From NCBI GenBank assembly GCA_054661495.1, contig BAAFSQ010000077.1, positions 7,923-39,922 of the forward strand: a stretch of DNA of 32,000 bases, written 5' to 3'. Below, in pieces: positions 1-10,864 of this stretch (position 1 is the stretch's first letter; each line of letters begins with the position of its first letter). The notes beneath the pieces were generated by a model. It was not told the origin of the DNA. It saw nothing but the letters and a program-made list of their open reading frames with translations, and searched no databases. This DNA is from Zygophlyctis sp. KS116 (lineage: Eukaryota; Fungi; Chytridiomycota). Position numbers and translations under genes: made by a program.

Positions 1-66
1 GTAGATCCTGTAGTTCCTGTTCCAGTAGATCCTGTAGTTCCAGTTCCAGATGATCCTGTTCCTGTA
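1..66 (-). repeat. 24-nt coding tandem repeat (GTGTTGST-type units)
   Basis: gtagatcctgtagttcc(t/a)gttcca repeated on the + strand, third copy degenerate. Confidence 0.8.
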
Positions 67-517
67 CTACTTCCTAGTCCAGATAAAACGCTTGCTGGAA
101 CTGCAGCAGTGGCGATAAGTGTCTTTGTAGAATCATCAAAAAGACGGAACTGGTTAAAGTCTCTGAATGATACTTCTGATCCAACAACATTTCTAAATGT
201 AAATGTCTGACCTCCAGAAGGATTAACTACATCATCAGCTACAGTAATCCCAGCTGGACCAGATCCCATCCCTCCATACCATTTAGCAGTTCCAGAATTT
301 GTAAGCGAGAATCCAACAACTTTAAACTATGCATTAGATATTTATAACTTACAGTACAACCATCAATAATTTCAATACTTCCAGACAATTGAATGGGAGA
401 TGTTATTAAAACCTTGGTGATTGGAATAGTGATGGGTCCCTTGACATCTGATGGACTACATTTGGAGTAAGCTGAAACTGCACTTAAGACTGAAGCTAAC
501 ACTGCGATTGAGATCAT
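1..517 (-). CDS. Secreted protein, DM13-like domain followed by Gly/Thr/Ser repeat stalk (3' end runs off window)
   Basis: ATG 517 begins signal peptide MISIAVLASVLSAVSA. The 26-nt intron 327-352 (gtaagt...tag) gives GSIEIIDGCT|FKVVGFSLTNSGTAKWYGG...FNQFRLFD, then GTGTTGST repeats. DM13 call is resemblance only. Confidence 0.65.
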
Positions 518-672
518 TTCTTTTTTCGAGAGATCTATAAATAGATCATGGCTTAAATCCTGTGATTCTATTATTAGCCAGTCTATTATTAGAAACATCG
601 CATGACCAAATTACATCATAAATATTTCTATAGATATCGAGATAGTTAACGATAGCGCTTAATAAATTAAAA

Positions 673-1502
673 ATGTACCAAGAGTTGAAGGGAATTTCAT
701 TTGAATATGCTCCAGAATTGCCAAAACTATCGCAGTTGAGTTTTATACAAGTTGCTGCAGAATCGCTACATTCTTTTGCTTTGGAGGAAACAGTAATCAG
801 AGAATATCATGAGCGACTTCAAACCATGTCTGCGCTCAAGGACGCCCGTGAATTTAGGAATAAGCAACGGATAGAACATTGGAAACTGCAAGAAATAAGA
901 AAAGCCCCAGGATATTCTGCTAAAACTCTTGAGCCGACTCCATCTACAGGCTTAAAGCCAGTCGCTAGCACATCAAAAACGTTTGATCTTGGAGAATTTG
1001 AAGCCAATTACTCTGCCGATCCTTGGGAATTGAATTCAATGGAAAATGAATTAAATGTGCTGCAGGACGTACTATCATCATCGTCCAATCTTACATCAAA
1101 TGCATCTTCGCCGATCAAACCAATTAATGCCATAAACTCTACTAATACAGTTAATATTAGAAAGTTTACTCAAATGGGATTTCTGTCTCAAGATGTGGAA
1201 GTTATCATTGACAAGTTTGCAAGTAAATCGGACTCTGAGGTATTTTTTAAATTTCTAAATTATAGATTATTGAATATCTGGTCAATTTTCAGAATTTAAA
1301 GAAACAAGGATTTGTTCAAAAAACTATTATTGATGCACTTGAATTATATACTGAATATGAAATAAGAAATAAGTATTGTGGAATGGTTTTATCATTGTCC
1401 GATATGGGTTTCGATTATCCAGATATTAAAAAGGTTTTGATTGAAAGTGAATTGGATTTGAATTTGGCTACAGAGACCTTAATATCAAAGTATTCTAAAT
1501 AA
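673..1502 (+). CDS. UBAP1: UBAP1-like ESCRT-I subunit (N-terminal UMA-like region, C-terminal SOUBA/UBA repeats)
   Basis: HSFALEETVI and FDLGEFE...DPWE motifs. 26-nt intron 1240-1265 extends the ORF into UBA-like helices (FTQMGF, LKKQGF, LSDMGF). TAA 1500-1502. Confidence 0.65.
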
Positions 1503-1545
1503 TGAACTTAGTCAATAAATAGCATATTGTATTAATAATTCGTTT

Positions 1546-4500
1546 TCAATCATGATAATCTGACATTTCAACAGGTACAGGAATATTTGTATTTAAATCT
1601 CCTTTAGATTCAGAGGTAAAAGAGGGATTCTCCATTTGGGCCAAATTATGCGATTCTTCTGGCAATAATGGAAAAGGATCTTGAGATAAATTTATAGAAT
1701 CATCGAGATTTTCAGAATATGAGTCTTGTGGTACTTGTACTGTAGGTGATTCAAAGTTATTTTTAGGAATTGTAACAGGATAACCATACAATTTGGATTC
1801 TAACTCCAAAATTTTACTATTTGTCTTATACAAAGTTGTTGTGAGGAAGTTTAGTTCTCTAAGGGATGAATAAAATATAATCATACCCTTTTAATACAGA
1901 GTTTTCAGAAGAAAATCGAAGTGCATCCTTGAATCGAGATTTTTTAGCCTTTGATTTTTGACTATCCATAACTTTGATTGTTTTCTCTAATGCAATTCTA
2001 GAAACTTTGAATTTCTCTTCTGGGGTTTTATGGTTCTTTCCAAGATTTAGTTTCTGAGAACCACAGCATGATATAATTGAAGACGTGTCGATATTTAATT
2101 CACCATATTTATGAAACAACGAGACAATTAAAGGCTAAAAATATTATAAGCGATTAAATACCTTGGCCTTGCTGATATCATCTTTATTTTTCCAGACCGT
2201 AGCCACTTCTCTGATTATTTCATTTAACAGTTTCTGAAAAGTTTCCTTCTTACGGATTAGTGAATTTTTTTCACTGTAAATTGCTCGGCTTTTTATCTGT
2301 AAATCATCCAATGAATTACGAAGAATGACTTCCTTAGATCCGTAACCTTTCAATTCACTAGATATTTCCTAATTTTAATGAATTTTGCATTACTTCAATC
2401 TGGGTTCGCAATTCAACTATTCCCTGTTCTTTTGGCTCAATTTGCTTTCGCAGCTCAACGATTTTGTAATCCAGAACGAATTTAAACTTTTCTAGCTCTT
2501 GGTTTTTCTTTCTTAGATCAAAGATTCTCTTGTCCTTTTCAAGCATAGTATCTTCTCGTTCTTGAATCTATTCTTTAGTGAATTTTGTAAATACTTCTTT
2601 TCTTAATCCGATGATGTCCACCTCTAAACTGCGTATGACCTGGTGGATCCTTTTGTCCTCCTGCCCCATTTTTACTAAATCTTCCTTATTGTTTTCAATT
2701 TGTCGTGCAAGAGTGTCATATTCAACTCGTATCTGCTGATTTTCTTCTTGCATTTTCAAGAGCTTATCTTGCTCCTGCTTAAGTTTGATCGCATAATGAT
2801 TCTGAATCTGAATATATTCCTGATCGGCATCATCTTCGATTTCCTTAATATACGATTTGTAAACCTTTTCATTTTCTTTCATTGTCATTTTCATCTTAAA
2901 AATCAATTTTATAAGGCTTACATTTTCCATTCTTTCATCCTCTTCAATTAACTTCTTCTGGTAAAAGGAAGATAGTTCTGCTATTTTATATTCATGAATT
3001 TCTAAAACCTCTTTTTCCTGATTTTTAGCACTCTCATCCATTTTCTTTTGACGTTCTTTAAGATCTTCCAACTTAACTTTTTCAGCTTGAAATTTTTCTT
3101 CGAATGATTGAAGCAGTTCTTTTAATTTCTTTTCATGCTCTTCCCTCGCATTTTGCATTTTACGCTTATGAATTTCAGCGTTGTTATTTCTCTCTATAAC
3201 AATATCTGCGCCAGCTTCTTTAAGTGCATTAATTTCAATCATGTATCGATTGATTGCATCAGAGGTTTTCTTCTCGTATGCAATATCTTTAATTCGCTGC
3301 TGGCTTTCATTTAAAGAGCTGACGTCTTCAATTTTTGCTCGCAATTCATTCATTATTCTATAACTTTCCTTCATATCGGATTTAGTAGCAAGTATTTCTT
3401 CACTAAATACACACTCCTTAATTTTTTTAGAAGATGCGGCGTTATTCTTGTATATCCATAATAAACCGTCTTCTCCTGCTGTGAAAAGATACTGATCATC
3501 ATGCGAAATTTTGATTCTTGTTATTGCCCCATTATGCCAAGTAAACGTGAATTGATCGCCGATTTCTTCTGAAGAAGAGATTTTAATGGGTACAACACTC
3601 CCAGATGATGTGGCACCAAATACGAAGTTAGAATTGCAGGTTGCTACCAAGCTTGAAATTGGCTCTTTAAGCGGAAAAGATGAAGTAACTTCTCGATCAC
3701 ACAATTCTTTTACTGTGAAATCATTAGCTAATACTAGAAATGATTTCAAATTGTGCCCAAACGTAACGGAACTATACAGTATGTTTTCCGTTTCAATTAT
3801 CTGTTCATTCTTAAAAGTATGCATGTTCCAGATAGACAACGAGCCTTCAATGTCCGATGAGATAAGCTTCTTATCATCATTGGACCATAAAATCGATTTA
3901 ATTTTGGCTTTAGATCCCTTACATGTGCCTGCAATACGGAAAGACCATGTATGGTAAATCTGAATTGTGGGTCCTAATACAGCTGCAAAAAAATGTCCAC
4001 CATTACTAAAAGAACATTCTTTGCAACTGGGAATGTTGCTTTCCCAATAAGGACGAATATCATCAATCAAAAGGGTCATTAGCTTGATCGACTTTGTAAA
4101 TGCTGCTAAGATATACAGTCCACTGGGATGAATAGATATCGCTGTAGCTTCTTCAGGAAAATATTTAATTAGTTCTAATGTGTTTTCGATATAATTCCAC
4201 ACTCTAATTGATCTATCAGATCCACTTGTGATAATCAAAGGCTTCTGATAGGCAACATCCATTCCTATAATTGGTCCAGAATGAAAAGAGCTGAAAAAAC
4301 GATCCGCCTTCACAACATCATCCTATTATTAGAGCCAGAAACTGTGCATACCTTTGTATCCGATTCAATAGGCAAAGTGTATATTTGTCCATTACTTAAA
4401 CATGCCAAAGCATTTTTTTCAGTAGGATTGATTGATATTGTGGAAACATTAGAATCTTCCAAGAGAAATTCTTTGGATTTTTTATACAGATAAGAGTCAT

Positions 4501-5445
4501 CTGTTTTCTCAAAAAAAACAACCACTCCAGTCGAAATACCTGCTACCAAACCATTTGAATATGATTCAATCGACATAATTTTAGCATCCCTGACTTCTGC
4601 ATTATCAGAATTTGACGGCACGACGTAAGCGATTTCAAGTATATGTTCCCCAGAATCAAAAACAAGTAGTTTCGAGTCATCTGTACCTGCAACAATCCGA
4701 TTTTTATTAGCCCATGAATGACAAATCATATTCTATCTAATCATTCCAATCAAATCACCTTTGAGAGTTTCACTTGATGTACTAATTTAAAGGTGGGATC
4801 TTCGAATTTGAAAACACGTAGAATCCCATTTCCGATGATGCAGAGTTGAATCGAACGTCCAAAAGGATTAATAGATATTTCATTAATTTGGGAATTGGAT
4901 TGATAACCCGTTTTAACATTTCCAATCAGTTTTCCTTTTTCTGTATTCCAAACATACACTGTACTAGTCTGTGAGGAAATATAGTCATTACCCATTAGCA
5001 TCTTCAGAAAGGGCGAAGAGATGTCTAGCATCTTTTGAAAAAACAATAGAAGTAAACTCCTAATTCTGAGATTTAATTTCTTACCATAGCATCATGAGAT
5101 ACATTCAGAGTTTTCTTCTTTTTGAGAGTCTCCAAATCATAAATTATAATATAAGCACCGGCTTGCTTCTCGTTAGCATCATCAATATCAGGCGATCCTT
5201 TGATCGCTACTGCTAGCAGTTTACTGATCGAATTCGAGGCCATCGTTGTGATCGGCCCACTTTCACTGATCAATATAAATCTTTGAGATTTCTGCAATTC
5301 ATCAAATAGGATAATATGAGGTCCGGCGGGATAGATCACTGTCTGATAGTCCAAATAGATTAGATTATTATTGATTTTGGGATTGGTACCAAATACATGG
5401 CTATACATTAATTAAGAATAAGAGATACCTTGGGCTCAAGGACAT
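1546..5445 (-). CDS. CFAP57: Cilia/flagella-associated protein 57 (WDR65), WD40 repeats plus long coiled coil
   Basis: MSLSP|SHVFG...IYPAG start; [32 protein letters not shown]; [28 protein letters not shown]. Ten introns of 25-29 nt (one, 2895-2921, is an in-frame candidate) join the ORF fragments in frame. Confidence 0.9.
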
Positions 5446-5597
5446 TTGTGGGAAATACGGAGGAACAGGGAATTACATCATCACTCACGCTCTGCAAGCT
5501 TGCTCGCTGTAAAGATCTATTAATGCTGAAATACATTTATTAAAGTATTTCTCACCCATAGATGTAGATAATATCCAAAAAATTACCAACTACTATT

Positions 5598-8500
5598 CTA
5601 ACATTTGACGAGATTCTGAAGCTCTTTGAGTAGATTTTTTATCCATTTAGCATCTCCCATCTTTTTAGCCTCAATAAATCCATTAATACTAGATAAAAGT
5701 TCCTCTTGATTCCAATTAAGAGTACGCTATTGCATTAATGTTTTAGAAATATTACATCTGAACAGATTCTTTTACCAACTCTTATAATACTGATCAAGTC
5801 TTTCATAAGCTCTCTAAATCGTTCCCTATTTAATCCATGAGGCCCCTTGTCAATAGAAGATGATTCTACCAACTTGATCGCTATATTTTTAGATATTTTT
5901 GGAGCAATGGAATCAATAATTTCACCAAGGCCGCTAACCTATAAATAATTAATGTGAAATAGAAAATTACATCCTTATTTTGTTTGATGAGTGCCACTAA
6001 TATATTATATCCTTGGACAAGATTATATGCCTTAATTTTTTCACCACTCAAGACATCAACCATCTTTATAATTATGTTCCATCCATACTGTGGGTAGCGA
6101 TTGAACAGTTCCAAAAATAGAGAAGGCTTTAACTTTGATTTAGACTTTGTGATGAAGTTATTGAATGATTCAAAATATATTTGAGATATAACAGGCACGT
6201 CGTCTAAGATTTCTGACTGAACATGAGTCGCATTTTTTTGATCAGTCTTTTGCTTTTTAGCTGCCAATGAAGCATTTGGGGTTATTGAAGAAAGTACCTT
6301 GACAAGGAAAACAGAAGCTAAACTACATAAATTAGAAAAACTGGAGTCATTTATCCGGCCAGAAAGTTGATGAGCAGATTTTAGCATAGATTCAGTTTTC
6401 AACATATCAATTTCCGGAGATGAGGGACATTCTTTCCGTGATAATATTTTCTTTAGAGCTGAAGTAAGACGTGCTTTTACTTCTTTTTCATTAGAATGCT
6501 GTAGGATAAGACCTAGCATATTTTCGATTGTATAAAGAATAAGTAAACTTTGTGGTTGAGATTGAGAAAATGCTTCTAAAAGATCAATTACTCTAAGTTT
6601 AAAGTGCAATGCATGCTTCTTCATATCTTTTGTTTAACTAAGCATATATATTACCTTTTTTCTGGGTTTGATTTAGAGAACGCTGTTTAAAAATTTCTGC
6701 CAGTTTTGAGTCGTATTCTTCCATGTCATCATCATTTAGCCCATTATCTTCATCTTCCTCGCCAATTTGTTCCTGATGAAATACGTCAAGTTCATCGTCA
6801 CTAGTGTCAGATGAATTATCATCTTGATCTGGCGTTATTTCTTCTTTGTTTTCATCCTGTACGTCTTCGATGTCTTCATCTTCTTCAAAAATATCTTCGG
6901 CACCTGCAGGACCATTTGCACTTTTAAGAACATCAAAGATTATTTCCAAAGACTTTTCAGATATTTTCGAGGAAAAAACTTTAAAAATGTCCAATATTAG
7001 CGCTCGTAATGGAGCTGAAGGTTTAGAAAGCAAGCTTAAAAAGATATCTACCAATACATCAACTGGAACAATATCGATTTCTTCGGATGTTTTTCTCTTC
7101 TTTGAAATTGCTTCTTTCTGCCACATGTTTTTAAAACAAGTTTCCAAATCCTCGATAAGCGAGACAAGATCCGTAGGATCAGAGTACGACTGTATTAAAA
7201 CATGATTGATAAGAGACTCGAATGACGAGACTTCAATTAGCAATCCACTCGCTTCTGTATTTTCTTTGGCTAGTTTTTCTTTCTGATCGTTATTTTTTGA
7301 TATGATTAATACCTTTTTTCGGATTGATTTTAAAAGTTTAGCTGTTTTTTGAAAAACGTTTTCTACAGTTTCGTCAAATTCAATCACGAGGCACATTTCG
7401 TCTTTAATTTTAGATTCTTCGATCGTATCAAGCACAAATCGAGTCCAGGGCTCTCCATTAAGCATTAATCCATGATATTTTCGCCCTAAAAAATAAAACG
7501 TAATATTATTATACCCTTATAACCTTCAATAATTATCGAATGTAATGAGCCCAACACAGATTCTAATTTCGATCGTGAATATGCTTGCGTTTTTTGACTC
7601 AGAGCAGGTACTGGCATTCCATCCGATACTTTGCCTTTTTTAACGAAAAATCCATGAAAGACTAGAAATTTTAAAATATTCTTGATCCAAATCTCCTCTT
7701 TAGGGATCTTTTGAATTTTGAAAAGAGTATGTAACTGATCCAGAACACGTTGACGAACCACTTCTGGGCCTTTCTCATTATCTACTGTCTTTTCAGTTTC
7801 CTGATTAATAAAGATATCTTGTAAATGACTAATATAGTTTCCAACTTCTTCAGACGTAAGATTATTAAGCACTTTTTCCACCGTCTTTGTTTTGGAAATT
7901 GAATCAAAGTTTAAGCTTCCATAAGGACCAATCAACTGTAGTACAATCTTGAAAGCAGTTTCTGGACTATCTTGAGCCTTTTGAGAAATCTTTTCTGCAG
8001 TTTCATTTGCAATTGTATTCAAGAAAGTATCCTTATTTGAAAGATTATTCATCAAACAACGAAGAAAATTTGGAGTAAATATGAAAATCACTTCTTCTGA
8101 TGGTAGTCTAGACAAGAGATTCTGAAACACTGCAAATCCCAAACATTTTCGCTCATGAGTAGAAGTAAAAAGAGTTTGATCAAGCAATTCCCAAAGCTCC
8201 AGTACTGAAATTCTTTTAGACTTTGGTACGTTTAGAATTGGTAAAAGAGCATCCCAAATCGGATGTAAATTTGGATTTAATATAGTAGAATCCTATTGCT
8301 AAGATAAAATATAAAATACCTTTAATATATTCACCAACTTGTTTATATTTTTACAATGTAAAGGATCACCATTATGCAAATTTGGTAATAAAGTCTTCCA
8401 ATCATAATCTACCTATTACATTAAACATTTCTAATTCACCTCTTGATTTTGTAAAATCATCAACATCCAAATTTCTTCAATATATTCCCCACTAGTAATA

Positions 8501-9113
8501 CATTTCAAAATAGAGTATGAAATCCCTTCAGAGCCCCATTTCAACTCCTTAATTTCATCTATTAAACTCAAAATAACTTCCATTGCTGGAATCCTTAGAT
8601 AAATCTTTGAATGAAAAGTCATGATTAAAAAATCAATCAATCCCTGAACTTGTGTTAAAGATGCATTTGTTTTCAGTAACCCAGAATTTATAATTGCCAT
8701 AACTCCAAATATTCTACCAATAGCAATATCTCTTTCTTCCTGTCCCTTTGTGCTTCCTTGAGATTCAGTTAATTTAAGCAAGATCTGCCATAATAACCCA
8801 ACATCAATCTTTGGCATAATCTTTAACAACTAAAAAATCAGTAAATAGATTTTACTTGTGATAATGTCATTGAGAATCCTAATCTAGCAGCATCTCTCGA
8901 CGATGCCAAACCTCTTATGAGCCGTTTAAATGCATATGCCACATCCGGAGAACAAGCCTCTGATATCTCTGATTCATCTTGAATGACTAAATCTTTTGCA
9001 TCGAGTCCAATTTTCAAATTCTCAATCAATGCATTCCCTGCCTTTAGTCTGATGGCATGATCATGAGAAGCCAAGTCCCAATAAAGTTGAAGATTGGTGC
9101 CACTTTGTTCCAT
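5598..9113 (-). CDS. POL5: Pol5/MYBBP1A (DNA polymerase phi family) nucleolar protein
   Basis: LYWDLAS, YAFKRLIRGLASSRDAARLGFS, STHERKCLGF, DVLVDIFLSLLSKPS, acidic tract, HFKLRVIDLLE. 7-8 introns of 26-32 nt; stop TAG at 5598-5600. Confidence 0.9.
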
Positions 9114-9263
9114 TTTTTTACTTTCAAAAAAAGAAAAATTTGTTGGTTGGATTATAAGGGTATAAAATTCTTTTATTATTACGAGTTATAAAGAAAATTC
9201 TCAAAATACTCTCATTGACAAACCCAAAACTACAGCTACACTTTTGAAAAAAATTTAGGAAAA
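9114..9263. promoter_or_regulatory. 150-bp divergent promoter of two ribosome-biogenesis genes with RRPE-like A/T elements
   Basis: GAAAAATTT 9133-9141 and TGAAAAAAATTT 9245-9256 resemble yeast RRPE. Confidence 0.4.
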
Positions 9264-9987
9264 ATGAATTCTGAGCAAACTTCAAAAGCGGTCAATGCAC
9301 TTTTAAAGCACTTGAAAAATGAATCAAATGATCTCTTACCCAGTATTACCAATCTTTGGATCATTCTTACTTTGGAAGAAATGCCAACTAGGGTCTCTTT
9401 AAAGCCAATTCCGATTAAATTACCTAATCCGATTATTCCTCATGATGCATCAGTCTGTTTAATTGCAAAAGATCCTCAATCAGAGACAAAGGAATTGGTC
9501 AAATCTTTAAATCTTTCAAGACCAATTAAAGTCATTGGAGTCTCAAAGTTGAGATCAAAGTATAAGCCATTTGAAGCTAAAAGAGCATTATTGGATTCTT
9601 TTGAATTGTTTTTGGCAGACGATCGAGTTATTCCAGTTTTACCAAGATTATTAGGAAAAAAGTTTTTTCTTAAAAAGAAACAGCCTGTTCCAATTCAAGT
9701 CAACAAGTCTTCACTGCTTAATAATTTAGAAAACATGTTTAGTAGTACATTTATGCATTATTCTAGTGGTGTTTGCATGTAAGTTATTTAGGTTTAAGGT
9801 TAGGTCCATAAGAATTGGCACTACACAACTTTCTGTAGAGGAAAATGTTTCAAATATCATGGCTGGAATGGAAGAAATTATAAAGAAAATTCCTAAAAAG
9901 TGGGATAATATTCAATCTATTCATTTAAAATCTTCAGAATCAATAGCACTGCCTATTTATGCTAAAAAATATTCAGAAAGTGATTAA
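9264..9987 (+). CDS. RSL1D1: Ribosomal L1-domain protein (RSL1D1/Utp30/Cic1 family)
   Basis: SVCLIAKDPQ, KYKPFEAKRALLDSFELFLADDRVIPVLPRLLGKKF, IQSIHLKSSESIALPIY; 25-nt intron 9779-9803. Confidence 0.9.
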
Positions 9988-10125
9988 AATAAAGCACAAA
10001 AAGACTATAAACACTAGAATTTCTAATATTTAGTGACTCATCTAGAATTTGATTTGAAAATTTTCAATTCAAATTTTACCGTAAAAATTTTCTGGTCCGG
10101 GCCAAAGAAATTTAAACTGATTAAA

Positions 10126-10747
10126 ATGATATATTCTCTTTTAATGATTGCAATCGTTGCTGCTGTCAAGCATCAAGGGTCTTCTGAACAAGTTGGAAGT
10201 ATGTTCTCAACACAATGCTTAAATGCAATGGCTAAATGCAGAAGCAGCTGCGCAGGTCTAAAGGGGAAAGATGAGGTCAAATGCATCTGTGATAATACTC
10301 CTAAAATAATAAGATGGTAATTATTTCTCTTTAATCGCAAGTGCTTCTGGTATCTCTGTTTGTACGGTACAGGAAAGAGACGATTTAGTCAAGGGAATGC
10401 AATTGGCTCAGAAACTAATGTGTTCTGCTCCTTCTGTTGATGCATTTATTGATGGTAAAGGAAGATCATCTCATCAACCACCAAAAGGGCATGGACAATC
10501 TGATAAGGATGACATTTTCAAAGATTTGCCAAAATTGAGCGATAAGAAGAAAAGTCCAAAGGGCAATAGTTTTGATGATATTGATGATATTGAAGATTTG
10601 GAAGATTTGGAAAGTTTTATGGGAACTGGTAATTCTACAAAGTCCGATGCAAAGTCCGATAAAAAGGATGAAGTCAAGAACAAGAGTATGGGAAGTTTTA
10701 GTAATTCCATTTTTTACATTAGTCTGATTTTAATACTTGCCATTTAA
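10126..10747 (+). CDS. Small secreted Cys-rich, probably GPI-anchored surface protein
   Basis: Signal peptide MIYSLLMIAIVAA; 8 Cys after the 25-nt intron 10317-10341 is removed; charged linker; hydrophobic C-terminus IFYISLILILAI. Confidence 0.7.
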
Positions 10748-10864
10748 TAATACGATTTCGTTTCTTAATACTCTTTTCGAACTGCTAGTCAACACTGACA
10801 TTGGCCATCCTAGACCTCTATTGTACTTATTGTGGCACCTGTTTGGTATTTAATCAATCTAGTT

